From Terriglobia bacterium (GTDB lineage Bacteria > Acidobacteriota > Terriglobia > Terriglobales > Acidobacteriaceae), in NCBI GenBank assembly GCA_963734455.1, contig CAVTHC010000004.1, positions 1,852-65,851 on the forward strand: 64,000 bases of DNA, given 5' to 3'. The notes below the pieces were generated by a model. The model was not told where the DNA came from. It worked only from the letters and a program-made list of their open reading frames with translations, and ran no database searches. This document shows positions 28,823 to 37,465 of the stretch, one piece after another (the first letter of the stretch is position 1; every line of letters begins with the position of its first letter). The position numbers and the translations under genes were made by a program.

Positions 28823-30493
28823 ATGGCGAAACCCATTTTGTTGAGCGTGGATGACGACTCCGATGTGCTGCGGTCGATCGAACGCGATTTGCGTTCGAAA
28901 TACGGGGCCGAGTATCGGGTGATTGGCAGCGATTCTCCGGAAGGCGCGCTGGATCTGCTGAAACAGTTAAAGGTGCGGAATGACAGCGTCGCCCTGCTGC
29001 TGGCGGACCAGCGCATGCCGCGCATGGATGGGGTGGAGTTTCTGCAGCAGGGCATGCGGATTTTCCCCAAGGCGAAGCGGGCATTGCTGACGGCGTATGC
29101 CGACATGAATGCCGCCATCAGCGCCATCAACCAGGCGAACATCAATTATTTTTTCCTGAAGCCCTGGGACCCGCCGGCCGAGCACCTGTATCCGCAACTG
29201 GATGACCTGCTCGATGACTGGCAGGCTTCTTACCGTCCCACCTTCGAGGGCATACGCGTGCTGGGCACGCGCTGGTCGCCGCGGTCGTACGACTTGCGGG
29301 ATTTTCTGGCGCGAAACCACGTGCCCTATCAATGGATCGACGTGGAAATTTCCGCCAACGATCCGGAGACCAAGCGGCTGCTGGAGGCGCTCGGTCCGGA
29401 GTCGGCCGACCTTCCGGTCGTACTTTTCCCGGACGGAACCAAACTTCTGGAAAGCCTTCCCGCGGATGTCGCCAAGAAAGTGGGATTGCGTACCCGGGCC
29501 CAGACCGATTTTTACGACCTGGCCATCGTGGGCGGAGGGCCGGCCGGGCTGGCGGCTGCGGTCTATGGCGCGTCCGAGGGCCTGAAAACCGTGATGATCG
29601 AACGGGAAGCGCCCGGCGGACAGGCCGGGATGAGTTCGCGCATCGAGAACTATCTGGGATTTCCGGCGGGACTCAGCGGCAACGATCTGGCGCGGCGCGC
29701 GGTGGTGCAGGCCCAGCGTTTTGGCGTGGAGATACTTTCTCCGCTGGAGGTGGTCGGCGTCCGGCTTGAGGGGTCATACCGCATCATCAAGCTGGCGGAC
29801 GGAAATGAAATCTCCTGTCACGCGCTCATGATCTCGACCGGAGTGCAGTGGCGGAAACTGGAGGCGGAGGGCATCGCCCGCTTGCAGGGCGCGGGGATCT
29901 ACTACGGCGGCGGCGCCACCGAAGCGCTGTCCTGTGAAGGCGAGATTGTGTACGTGGTGGGCGGGGCGAATTCCGCCGGCCAGGCCGCGATGAACTTCGC
30001 CAAGTACGCGGAGCGGGTCGTCATTCTGGTGCGCGGCGATTCTCTGGCCAGCACCATGTCGCAATATCTCATCGACCAGATCAAAGAGATGCCCAACATT
30101 CAGCTGTGGGCGCATGCCAGCGTGGTCGAGGCCCACGGCGCCACGCACCTGGAAGAAATCTCGATTCTGTGTTCGGACACCAACAAGATCGAGCGCGTTT
30201 CCGCCAGCTCGATGTTTATCTTTATCGGAGCGCTGCCGCGAACCGACTGGCTGGGTGATCTGGTCGAGCGCGACGAACGCGGTTTCATTCTGACCGGTCC
30301 CGATCTCATACGGGACGGGCAACGTCCCAAGGGCTGGACTCTTGATCGCGATCCCTTCCTGCTCGAAACCAATGTGCCCGGAATTTTTGCCGTGGGCGAT
30401 GTGCGGCATGGTTCGGTGAAGCGGGTGGCTTCGGGAGTGGGCGAAGGGTCGGTGGCGGTGCAGTTCATCCATCAGTACCTGAGCAAGGTCTAG
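28823..30493 (+). CDS. response-regulator receiver fused to a thioredoxin-reductase-like FAD/NAD(P) oxidoreductase
   Basis: Receiver (LLSVDDDSDV...LLADQRMPRMDG...LKP), a linker domain, then a TrxB-like body (IVGGGPAGLAAA; GGANSAGQAA; FAVGDVR). No CxxC anywhere in the protein. Confidence 0.85.
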   Translation: MAKPILLSVDDDSDVLRSIERDLRSKYGAEYRVIGSDSPEGALDLLKQLKVRNDSVALLLADQRMPRMDGVEFLQQGMRIFPKAKRALLTAYADMNAAISAINQANINYFFLKPWDPPAEHLYPQLDDLLDDWQASYRPTFEGIRVLGTRWSPRSYDLRDFLARNHVPYQWIDVEISANDPETKRLLEALGPESADLPVVLFPDGTKLLESLPADVAKKVGLRTRAQTDFYDLAIVGGGPAGLAAAVYGASEGLKTVMIEREAPGGQAGMSSRIENYLGFPAGLSGNDLARRAVVQAQRFGVEILSPLEVVGVRLEGSYRIIKLADGNEISCHALMISTGVQWRKLEAEGIARLQGAGIYYGGGATEALSCEGEIVYVVGGANSAGQAAMNFAKYAERVVILVRGDSLASTMSQYLIDQIKEMPNIQLWAHASVVEAHGATHLEEISILCSDTNKIERVSASSMFIFIGALPRTDWLGDLVERDERGFILTGPDLIRDGQRPKGWTLDRDPFLLETNVPGIFAVGDVRHGSVKRVASGVGEGSVAVQFIHQYLSKV

Positions 30494-30499
30494 AGGTTC

Positions 30500-31885
30500 A
30501 TGATCGAGAAATCAGAGTTATTGCGCATTCCGACGTTTGCGGGCCTGCCCGATGATCAGCTGGACTGGTTCATCAGCCAGTCCCAGGAAATCGTTCTTAA
30601 GGCGGGAGACACGTTCCTGCAGCAGGGCGCGCCCGCGGTCGCCATGTTGGTCGTTCTCGAGGGGGAACAGCAGATGCGAGGCGCGCTGGGCGGCGAGGCG
30701 GTCACGATTCCGCTGGTGCCGGGCGATATCAGCGGACTGCTGCCGTTCTCGCGCATGAAAGTGTCGGTGATGACCGGGCGGGCGGTCACGGATGGCCGCA
30801 TCCTGAAATTTCCTTCCGCGCAATTTCCGGAGTTGGTGCAGAAAATGCCGGAACTGGCCCAGCGGCTGGTGGGCCTGATGTCCGACCGGATCCGCGAAAC
30901 TACCCGGCGCGAGCAACAGCAAGACCGGCTGGCCGGCCTGGGGAAACTTTCGGCGGGGCTGGCGCATGAACTGAACAATCCGGCGTCGGCCGCCAAACGC
31001 GCCACCAGCCTGCTGCGCGAGGCGCTGCATCGCATCAAGGAATCGGTGCAGGAGTTGAGCAAGCACGATCTTACCGCCGCCCAGAAATCGGAAATCGAAA
31101 AGCTGGAAGCTTCGTTCCTGCAGCCCGACGAAACCCCGCTCGATACCCTGGCGGTCACCGATCTGGAAGACCAGATTGATTCCCTGTTGCGCAGTCATGG
31201 CCAGAACGACTTGTGGCAGCTGGCGGCCGACCTGGCGCGGCGGGGCGTCAAGCCGGAAGTGCTGGAGTCCCTGTTCGCAAGCCTCGACGCCGAGGTTGCC
31301 CGGGCCGCCCTGGTGAGAATTGCGGCTTCGGTCGAGATTGCGAACCTGCTGATCGAGATTGAAAGCAGCACGTCGCGAATTTCCGACCTGGTGCGCGCCA
31401 TCAAGGAATACACCTACATGGACCAGTCCACCGCGCAAAACGTGGACATCGTGAAAGGACTGGAAAATACTCTCACCATCATGAACCACAAGCTCAAGCG
31501 CGGGGTCACGGTGCAACGCCAGTACGAGAAACTCCCCCTCCTGGTGAATTCATACGGCAGCGAACTCAATCAGGTCTGGACCAACCTCATCGACAACGCG
31601 ATTGACGCGATGGGCGGAAAGGGCGAGCTGCGAGTTCGGACCTATCGCGATGACTCCTGCGTGGTGGTGGAGATTGGCGATAACGGACCGGGCATCTCGC
31701 CCGAGATAAAGGCGCACATCTTCGAACCATTCTTTACCACCAAGGGAGTGGGCGAGGGCACCGGGCTGGGTCTGGATACGGTCATGCGCATTGTGAAGAA
31801 GCACCGGGGCACGATCCAGGTCACTTCGAAACCCGGGGAAACGCGCTTCCAGGTTTTTCTCCCGCTGGTGGAAGCTCCAGCCTAG
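30500..31885 (+). CDS. cyclic-nucleotide-binding-domain histidine kinase
   Basis: N-terminal cNMP-binding-type domain (IPTFAGLPDDQLDWF...VLEGE), H-box LAHELNNPASAA, and ATPase domain with N, D and G boxes (WTNLIDNAIDA, IGDNGPGI, GTGLGLD). Confidence 0.85.
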   Translation: MIEKSELLRIPTFAGLPDDQLDWFISQSQEIVLKAGDTFLQQGAPAVAMLVVLEGEQQMRGALGGEAVTIPLVPGDISGLLPFSRMKVSVMTGRAVTDGRILKFPSAQFPELVQKMPELAQRLVGLMSDRIRETTRREQQQDRLAGLGKLSAGLAHELNNPASAAKRATSLLREALHRIKESVQELSKHDLTAAQKSEIEKLEASFLQPDETPLDTLAVTDLEDQIDSLLRSHGQNDLWQLAADLARRGVKPEVLESLFASLDAEVARAALVRIAASVEIANLLIEIESSTSRISDLVRAIKEYTYMDQSTAQNVDIVKGLENTLTIMNHKLKRGVTVQRQYEKLPLLVNSYGSELNQVWTNLIDNAIDAMGGKGELRVRTYRDDSCVVVEIGDNGPGISPEIKAHIFEPFFTTKGVGEGTGLGLDTVMRIVKKHRGTIQVTSKPGETRFQVFLPLVEAPA

Positions 31886-31891
31886 CCGCGC

Positions 31892-33498
31892 TCACAGCGC
31901 ATGCGACGGACCGGACTCGCGCAGGTCGAGTTCGTGCTCCAACTGCCGCAGGGTCTCGTCGTCGATGCGACCCTGGTTGCGCAGACGGACTGCGGTTTGC
32001 CGCTCCAGCCGCGAGCAGGTCGCGGGAAATGCGCGATAAACGTTCGTGGCCTTCGGGGCTTATGTCGCGCTCGCCATCCTCTTTCCCGATGACGTCGGCC
32101 AGCCGATGCCGATAGTGACCGGCTAGGTCTTCATAGATCGGATCAAATTCGACCGTGTCTTTCTGGCGCTGTTCGGCCAGATAAGCCAGGGCGGCTTCGA
32201 GGATCTCGCGGCGCGCGGCTTCCTCCTCGACATTGGCGCCGGGCGGGTCGGCGATGCCGAAGATGCGTACCAGCCAGGGAAGCGTCAGTCCCTGGAGCAC
32301 CAGGGTCACCAGAATTACGCGAGAAGGCAAGAAAGACGATCAGGTTGCGCTGCGGGAAGGGACTGCCATCGGCCAGCGCCTGAGGCAGTGCGATCGCGGC
32401 AGCCAGCGCAATCACTCCCCGCATGCCCGTCCAGCCCAATATCAGGACGCCCGCCAAGGTTGGCTTGGTCAACTTCTGGTGAAGCAGGCGAGTTCGAATC
32501 CAGTGCGCCAGGTGCGCGCCGGGAAATACCCACACCACCCGCAACGCGATGACCAGAGCGCTGAACAGAGCGCCATACAAGAGCAGAGTGCCGTGGCTGT
32601 AATCGTGAATTCCGCCCAGGACATAAGGCAGTTGCAGTCCGATGAGCACAAAGACCAGGCCGTTGAGGATGAAGTCGAGGGCGCCCCAGACCGCCCAGGC
32701 CTGAAGGCGGACTTGCGGCGAAAAGAACCCCGAACTCCGGCGGCTGAGATAGAGTCCGCAGGCCACGACCGCCAGCACACCGGAGGCGCGCAGGCGGTCC
32801 GCCGTGAGATAGGCAGCGTAGGGAACTAAGATGCTGATGGCGATTTCGATGGGGCCGTCGTCTATGCGGCGTTCGATCCAGTTGACGATCCAGCCCGTGA
32901 TCAGGCCGACGGCCAGGCCGCCGAACGTCAAGTAAGCCAAGCGGGCGATACCGGTGGCCACGGTTGGAGTTTCGTTACGCAACACGATGGCGATGCCGAA
33001 TTCCAGGGCCAGCAGGCCGGTGGCATCATTCACCAGGCTTTCACCTTCAATCAGGGTAGTGATCCGCTTGGGAATGCCGACGCGCTCGGCGATGGAAGTG
33101 GCGGCGAGCGCATCGGTGGGAGCGATGACGGCGCCCAGCACCAGGCCAAGCTTCCAATCGAACCCGGCAAAGAGCCAGTGCGCGCTCTCCGCCACCCCGG
33201 CCACGGTGAAGAAGACCAGGCCAAAAGCCAGCAGCAGGATGCTCACCATGTTGTAGGAGAAATCGCGCCAGGAAGTGACCCAGGCGGCGGAATAAAGGAG
33301 AGGGGGAAGAATCACAAAGAAGATGACGTCGGGATTCAGCGCGATTTTGGGAATTCCGGGGATGAAGCCGAGCAACCCTCCGGCGATCACCAGAACGATG
33401 GGATAGGGGATTTGGAGTTTCCGCGCCAGCGTCCCGAATGCCACCACGAACAGCAAAAGCAAGAGAAAGACCAGCTCCACTGCCTGGACGTTCACCAT
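31892..33498 (-). pseudogene. CPA1-type Na+/H+ antiporter, two single-nt frame breaks in the 3' third
   Basis: Start is MVNVQAVELVFLLLLLFVVAFGTLARKLQIPYP (ATG at 33498). Frame changes lie near 32319 (…IVFLAFS | VILVTLVLQGLTLPWLV…) and near 32010 (…RDLLAA | LERQTAVRLRNQGRIDDETLRQLEHELDL…). Stop at 31892-31894. 1607 nt minus 2 gives 535 codons. Confidence 0.8.
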
Positions 33499-33612
33499 CG
33501 CCTCGGGATCTCCATGCCGGGCCGGTTGCCCCAGTTCTTGCGCCCAGTATAAGTCAGGACGGAATGGTGTGGCGCGGGCGCCCCCGCCCGCGTGCCGGCG
33601 GTGAGGGAAAGG

Positions 33613-33714
33613 CAAAAGCAAAAGCAAAAGCAAAATCAAAAACAAAGGCAAAATCAAAAACAACGGCAAAGTCAAAAACAACGGCAAAACCAAAGACAAA
33701 GGCAAAGTCAAAGG
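33613..33714. repeat. (CAAANN)17 hexanucleotide tract
   Basis: 17 consecutive hexamers all start with CAA: caaaag x3, caaaat, caaaaa, caaagg, caaaat, caaaaa, caacgg, caaagt, caaaaa, caacgg, caaaac, caaaga, caaagg, caaagt, caaagg. Lies between the divergent antiporter and PhoU-like genes. Confidence 0.9.
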
Positions 33715-33808
33715 CCGCGGGCGAGGGCGCCCGCGCCACACGGGCGGCGGCTCGCTTCGGGGCGGGGACTCTGCTAGGCTGAATCCCTCACCATCCACCG
33801 ACGTTGCC

Positions 33809-34468
33809 ATGAAGCGACCACGTAAAGAGAAGTCAGATTCGAGCCAGCAGGTGATCGAAACCACCCTGCGCGCCTGCCTGATCGCCAAGGACGCCGCCTT
33901 CAATGCCCGGGATTACATCGAGACCGGTTCACGCATCGCTTTTCTCGCGGTGCGGCAATGCGAAAAGGAATTGGACCAGATCGAACGGCAGATCGATGAC
34001 GCCACACCCGCCGCGGTGACCCAGGTGCCCGAGGCCGAGGCCCGGGAACTGCTGGCTTGCCTCAAGTTCACCATCGATCTGGAACGGGTTGGCGATTTGA
34101 TCTGGTCGGTGGTGCAAAGAATTCACAGCCTGCCGGCGCCCTTGAATGCGAAAGAATCCGCGTTTCTGATCGACATGGCAAAAGTCCTGCAGGAAATGCT
34201 GGCGCGAGTGCATCAGGGATTTGTGGCCCGGGACCTTGCCCTGGCGGAATCTGTCATCAAGATGGATTACGACATGGACCAGGTCTGCCATTCGGTGTTC
34301 CGCCAGTACCTGGAAAAAGGGGCCGGCCAGAGGGGTTACGAGGTGACCAACCTGCTTTTCATGGCGCAGGCTTTTGAGCGCGCCGGCGACCACACCAAGA
34401 ACCTGGCGGAAGAACTGTTCCATCTGGTGCAGGGCCACAGCGTGAGACACATCAAGAAGTCCCGCTAG
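33809..34468 (+). CDS. PhoU-domain protein
   Basis: Two PhoU-type repeats with the conserved acidic motifs (…DLERVGDLI… and …AFERAGDHTKNLAEE…). Confidence 0.75.
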   Translation: MKRPRKEKSDSSQQVIETTLRACLIAKDAAFNARDYIETGSRIAFLAVRQCEKELDQIERQIDDATPAAVTQVPEAEARELLACLKFTIDLERVGDLIWSVVQRIHSLPAPLNAKESAFLIDMAKVLQEMLARVHQGFVARDLALAESVIKMDYDMDQVCHSVFRQYLEKGAGQRGYEVTNLLFMAQAFERAGDHTKNLAEELFHLVQGHSVRHIKKSR

Positions 34469-34488
34469 ATCGGAAAGAGAGATTCAGC

Positions 34489-34959
34489 ATGAGCCTGGTT
34501 TTGTTTCGGGCATTTGGGATTGGACTGGTGACCGGCTTGCGCTCGATGACCGGAATGGCGCTGGTCTGCTGGGCGGCGCACCTGGGCTGGCTCGACCTCG
34601 AAGGGTCGCGCCTGGCCTTCATGGAGTCCACGCTGGCCACGTATGCGTTTTCCGCCCTGGCGCTGGGCGAGCTTGTCGCCGACAAGTTGCCCTTCGTGGG
34701 GAAGCGGACCGCGCCCGGACCTCTTTTCGGCCGGATTGTCCTGGGCGCGCTTTCCGGGGCCGCGCTTTGTGTCGCGGCCGGCTACTCCCCCGCCGCCGGC
34801 GCCGTGCTCGGAGGCGCGGGCGGAGTTACCGGAGCGTTTGCCGGATATGGCGCGCGCGCGTCTTTGGTGAAGTCCTCGGGCTGGCCGGATTGGGTGATCG
34901 CCCTGTTGGAAGACCTGGTCGCAGTGGGCGGCGGGTTTCTCCTGGTCGCGCGATTTTAG
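34489..34959 (+). CDS. small integral membrane protein (DUF4126-like)
   Basis: 156-aa Gly/Ala-rich ORF with about 4 hydrophobic segments. The family assignment is from memory only. Confidence 0.5.
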   Translation: MSLVLFRAFGIGLVTGLRSMTGMALVCWAAHLGWLDLEGSRLAFMESTLATYAFSALALGELVADKLPFVGKRTAPGPLFGRIVLGALSGAALCVAAGYSPAAGAVLGGAGGVTGAFAGYGARASLVKSSGWPDWVIALLEDLVAVGGGFLLVARF

Positions 34960-35372
34960 TTCGATGGCGGGGCAGGGCTGACAACCCTGGAGCCGGGCCA
35001 CACCGGGTTCAGGGTGGTGCGAATCACGTCCATCAGTTCGTTGTTGTCAGCGGGCTTTTGCAGGAAAGCGCAAGCTCCCGCTTTCAGGGTGCGGTCCCGG
35101 TTGTACTGGGGATCGCGCGCGGTCAGGACGATGACCGGGATCGAGGCCAGCTGGGCGCTCTGCTGCAAACGGTCCAGGACGATGAAGCCGTCGCCCGCAG
35201 GCAGGCCGATATCGAGAATGATCAGGTCGGGACGTTCTTTCTGGGCCATGGCGATGGCCGAGAAGCCGTCCGCGGCATAAGCGGTGTCGAAGTGGTTGGC
35301 GCGCAAGCGCAGGTTTAGACCGCGTCTCAGGTCGGGATCATCGTCTACGATCAGAATTTTTGGTTTGTCCAT
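34956..35372 (-). CDS. single-domain response regulator (CheY-like)
   Basis: KILIVDDDPDL...PDLIILDIGLPAGDG...VIVLTA...KAGA receiver signature. Confidence 0.85.
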   Translation of the reverse strand: MDKPKILIVDDDPDLRRGLNLRLRANHFDTAYAADGFSAIAMAQKERPDLIILDIGLPAGDGFIVLDRLQQSAQLASIPVIVLTARDPQYNRDRTLKAGACAFLQKPADNNELMDVIRTTLNPVWPGSRVVSPAPPSN

Positions 35373-35450
35373 GGTGTGCTTCTCCTTTGATTGGTCGAGT
35401 GATGGATCGAGTTCCAGATTTGAATCCTCTTAAAAAGCGCTTTGTTCTGT

Positions 35451-37025
35451 TCAGTTCGCGGGAGACTGATCCCGCCGCAACGTCCTCATCGTGATCTCAG
35501 TGATGCTATCGGCAACTTGCTGCACCAACTTCTCTATCGGCTCCTGATCAGCGGTTGCCGGCAGTTTCAGGCCGAGCGAGGAAAGTTTGAACGCGAAGTT
35601 GGCCCGCAACCGTTCGGAGCGTTCCAGTTGCTCCCGGATACGCCTTTCGACCACGGTGGCTCCGTGTTCATCGGTGGAGGCAACGATGACCAGGGTCTCG
35701 CTCTGCGCGCTATGGCCGAGCGCGGGCAGTACCGCGTCCTTGTCCCCGAGAATGCAAGGTTCCAGGATCTGCAGGCAATACTCGCGAATGTCGTCCCAGT
35801 TGCCGGCGAACGGGGTGAGCAGGGGAGTAAGTTCCACGGTGATCAGGGAAAGGGAATCGCGCAAGCGGCCGCGGTGGGAGATGACGGGGGCCAGAAATTT
35901 TGCCAGCGAAAATAAAGGCAGGGTGAAGATAAAAGTGCTGCCATGGGAGAGCTGGCTTTCCACCCACATCTGTCCGCCTTGCAGCCGGACCAGTTCTTTC
36001 GAGATGTACAGTCCGAGGCCCAGCCCCTTGCGGCTGTCGTCGATCGAGTTGGGGTCCTGGTAGAGGCGTTCAAAGATCAGGGTCTTGGCTTCGGGACTGA
36101 TCCCGCGGCCGGTATCGGCGACAGAAATTTGCACGACGTCGGGATCGTTCTCGGTCAGGCAGGCCCTGACCATGACCGAGCCATCTTTGGGTGTGAACTT
36201 GATGGCATTGTCGAGCAGATTGGTGAGGACCTGCAGCACACGGTTGGGGTCGGCGTAGATGAATGGAATCCGGATGTCGAGACCGGCTTCGAGACCGATG
36301 CCTTTGGCCAGGGCGCTGCCCTGCAGCATGGCCACGGCCTGCCGGATCACGCCGCCGATGACGATGCAGTGCGGTTCGATGGAAATCTTTCCCGACTCGG
36401 CACGGGTCGCCTCCAGCAGGTCGGTGATCATGGCCCGCAGCTGGTTCACGCTGCGGAACACGGTTTCGAGGTGCTCGCGCTGTTCGGGAATCAGTTTGCC
36501 GGCCAGGCCATCCAGCATGAGCGAGACAAACTGGTGGATGCAGGTGAGCGGGGTGCGCAACTCGTGCGACACGTGGGAGAGGAATTCGTTCTTGAACTGC
36601 AGCTGCTGGCGCCGGCTGATGTCGAGCGAGGTCAGCAAGGCCTGGCGCTCGATGGCATAGCGCATGGCGCGCGCCAGTTGCTTGCTGTCAAAATTCCCCT
36701 TAACCAGGTAATCCTGGACGCCCTGATGGACCGCGCTGGCCGCGAGTTCTTCGTCGTCCTGCCCGGACAGCACGACGATGGGCACGCCCGGTGCCTGCTC
36801 AAGTACGGCGCGGTAAGTTTCCGCCCCGCGGCTGTCCGGCAGGTTCAGGTCGAGCAGCACCATGGCGGGAGGGGCGACGATCATGGAAGCCAGCCCGGTG
36901 GAGAGCCGGCTGACGCAGGAAACGGCAATATCGGAATGCGCCTCCACCAGCCGCAGCCGCACCAGGTCGGCGTCTCCCGGGTTGTCCTCGATCAGCAATA
37001 CGTGGGCATTGGCTACCTTATTCAC
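35451..37025 (-). CDS. receiver-histidine kinase fusion with an extra ~150-aa C-terminal domain of unknown type
   Basis: Probable GTG start at 37025, preceded by AAGGAGG and overlapping the upstream stop (GTGA). Receiver VLLIEDNPGD...LLDLNLPDSRG, H-box SHELRTPLT, ATPase G-box GLGLGLYIS, then an unassigned tail. Confidence 0.85.
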   Translation of the reverse strand: MNKVANAHVLLIEDNPGDADLVRLRLVEAHSDIAVSCVSRLSTGLASMIVAPPAMVLLDLNLPDSRGAETYRAVLEQAPGVPIVVLSGQDDEELAASAVHQGVQDYLVKGNFDSKQLARAMRYAIERQALLTSLDISRRQQLQFKNEFLSHVSHELRTPLTCIHQFVSLMLDGLAGKLIPEQREHLETVFRSVNQLRAMITDLLEATRAESGKISIEPHCIVIGGVIRQAVAMLQGSALAKGIGLEAGLDIRIPFIYADPNRVLQVLTNLLDNAIKFTPKDGSVMVRACLTENDPDVVQISVADTGRGISPEAKTLIFERLYQDPNSIDDSRKGLGLGLYISKELVRLQGGQMWVESQLSHGSTFIFTLPLFSLAKFLAPVISHRGRLRDSLSLITVELTPLLTPFAGNWDDIREYCLQILEPCILGDKDAVLPALGHSAQSETLVIVASTDEHGATVVERRIREQLERSERLRANFAFKLSSLGLKLPATADQEPIEKLVQQVADSITEITMRTLRRDQSPAN

Positions 37026-37465
37026 TCTTCCTCCTTGGGTGGAAGGCACGCGCATCCGATCCAAAAATCTTTCATCAGCTTCACCGCCGAAACCCAGGCA
37101 GCCAGGGTCGGCGGTTTACTCACATAGCTGTTGGCGCCCAGTTCATAGCTGCGCTCGATGTCTTTTGCGGCTTGCGACGTGCTGAAGATTACGACCGGTA
37201 TCCGGCGCAGGGCGGGGTCCGATTTCATATCGGCCAGCACCGCGCGTCCATCCTTGCGGGGCAGGTTCAGGTCGAGCAGCACCAGGTCGGGACGGGTGGA
37301 CGCCGCGTGTTTCCCCTGGTGGCGAAGATAAGCCATGGCTTCTACCCCGTCGGGGACGGTGCTGACCCGGCTTGGCCACGCGCTTTGGGCCAGAGCATCG
37401 GTGGTCAGGTCAAGATCGGCGGGATTGTCATCGACCAGCAGAATTTCAGACCCAGTGGGCATCAT
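37022..37465 (-). CDS. single-domain response regulator
   Basis: ILLVDDNPADL...LVLLDLNLPRKDG...VVIFSTS...GANSYVSKP. The ATG overlaps the upstream stop (ATGA). Confidence 0.85.
   Translation of the reverse strand: MMPTGSEILLVDDNPADLDLTTDALAQSAWPSRVSTVPDGVEAMAYLRHQGKHAASTRPDLVLLDLNLPRKDGRAVLADMKSDPALRRIPVVIFSTSQAAKDIERSYELGANSYVSKPPTLAAWVSAVKLMKDFWIGCACLPPKEEE

Noticed and set aside
33560-33720. I checked the hexamer tract and the REP clusters as possible CRISPR arrays.
   Set aside because: There are no alternating conserved repeats of 25-40 bp with unique spacers, and no cas genes in the window.
33438-33782. Lys/Ala-rich ORF (…KAKAKAKAKSKTKAKSKTTAKSK…) that could be read as a histone-H1-like protein.
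   Set aside because: Its N-terminus overlaps the antiporter start on the other strand. It has no RBS. The K/A repeats are just the (CAAANN)n tract read in frame.
33498-33903. 135-codon N-terminal extension of the antiporter ORF (MKAASLAIRQ…LPLFLILLLLLLLPFP…).
   Set aside because: The extension is translation of the hexamer tract and REP-like sequence. A canonical antiporter N-terminus (MVNVQAVELVFLLLL…) starts at 33498.
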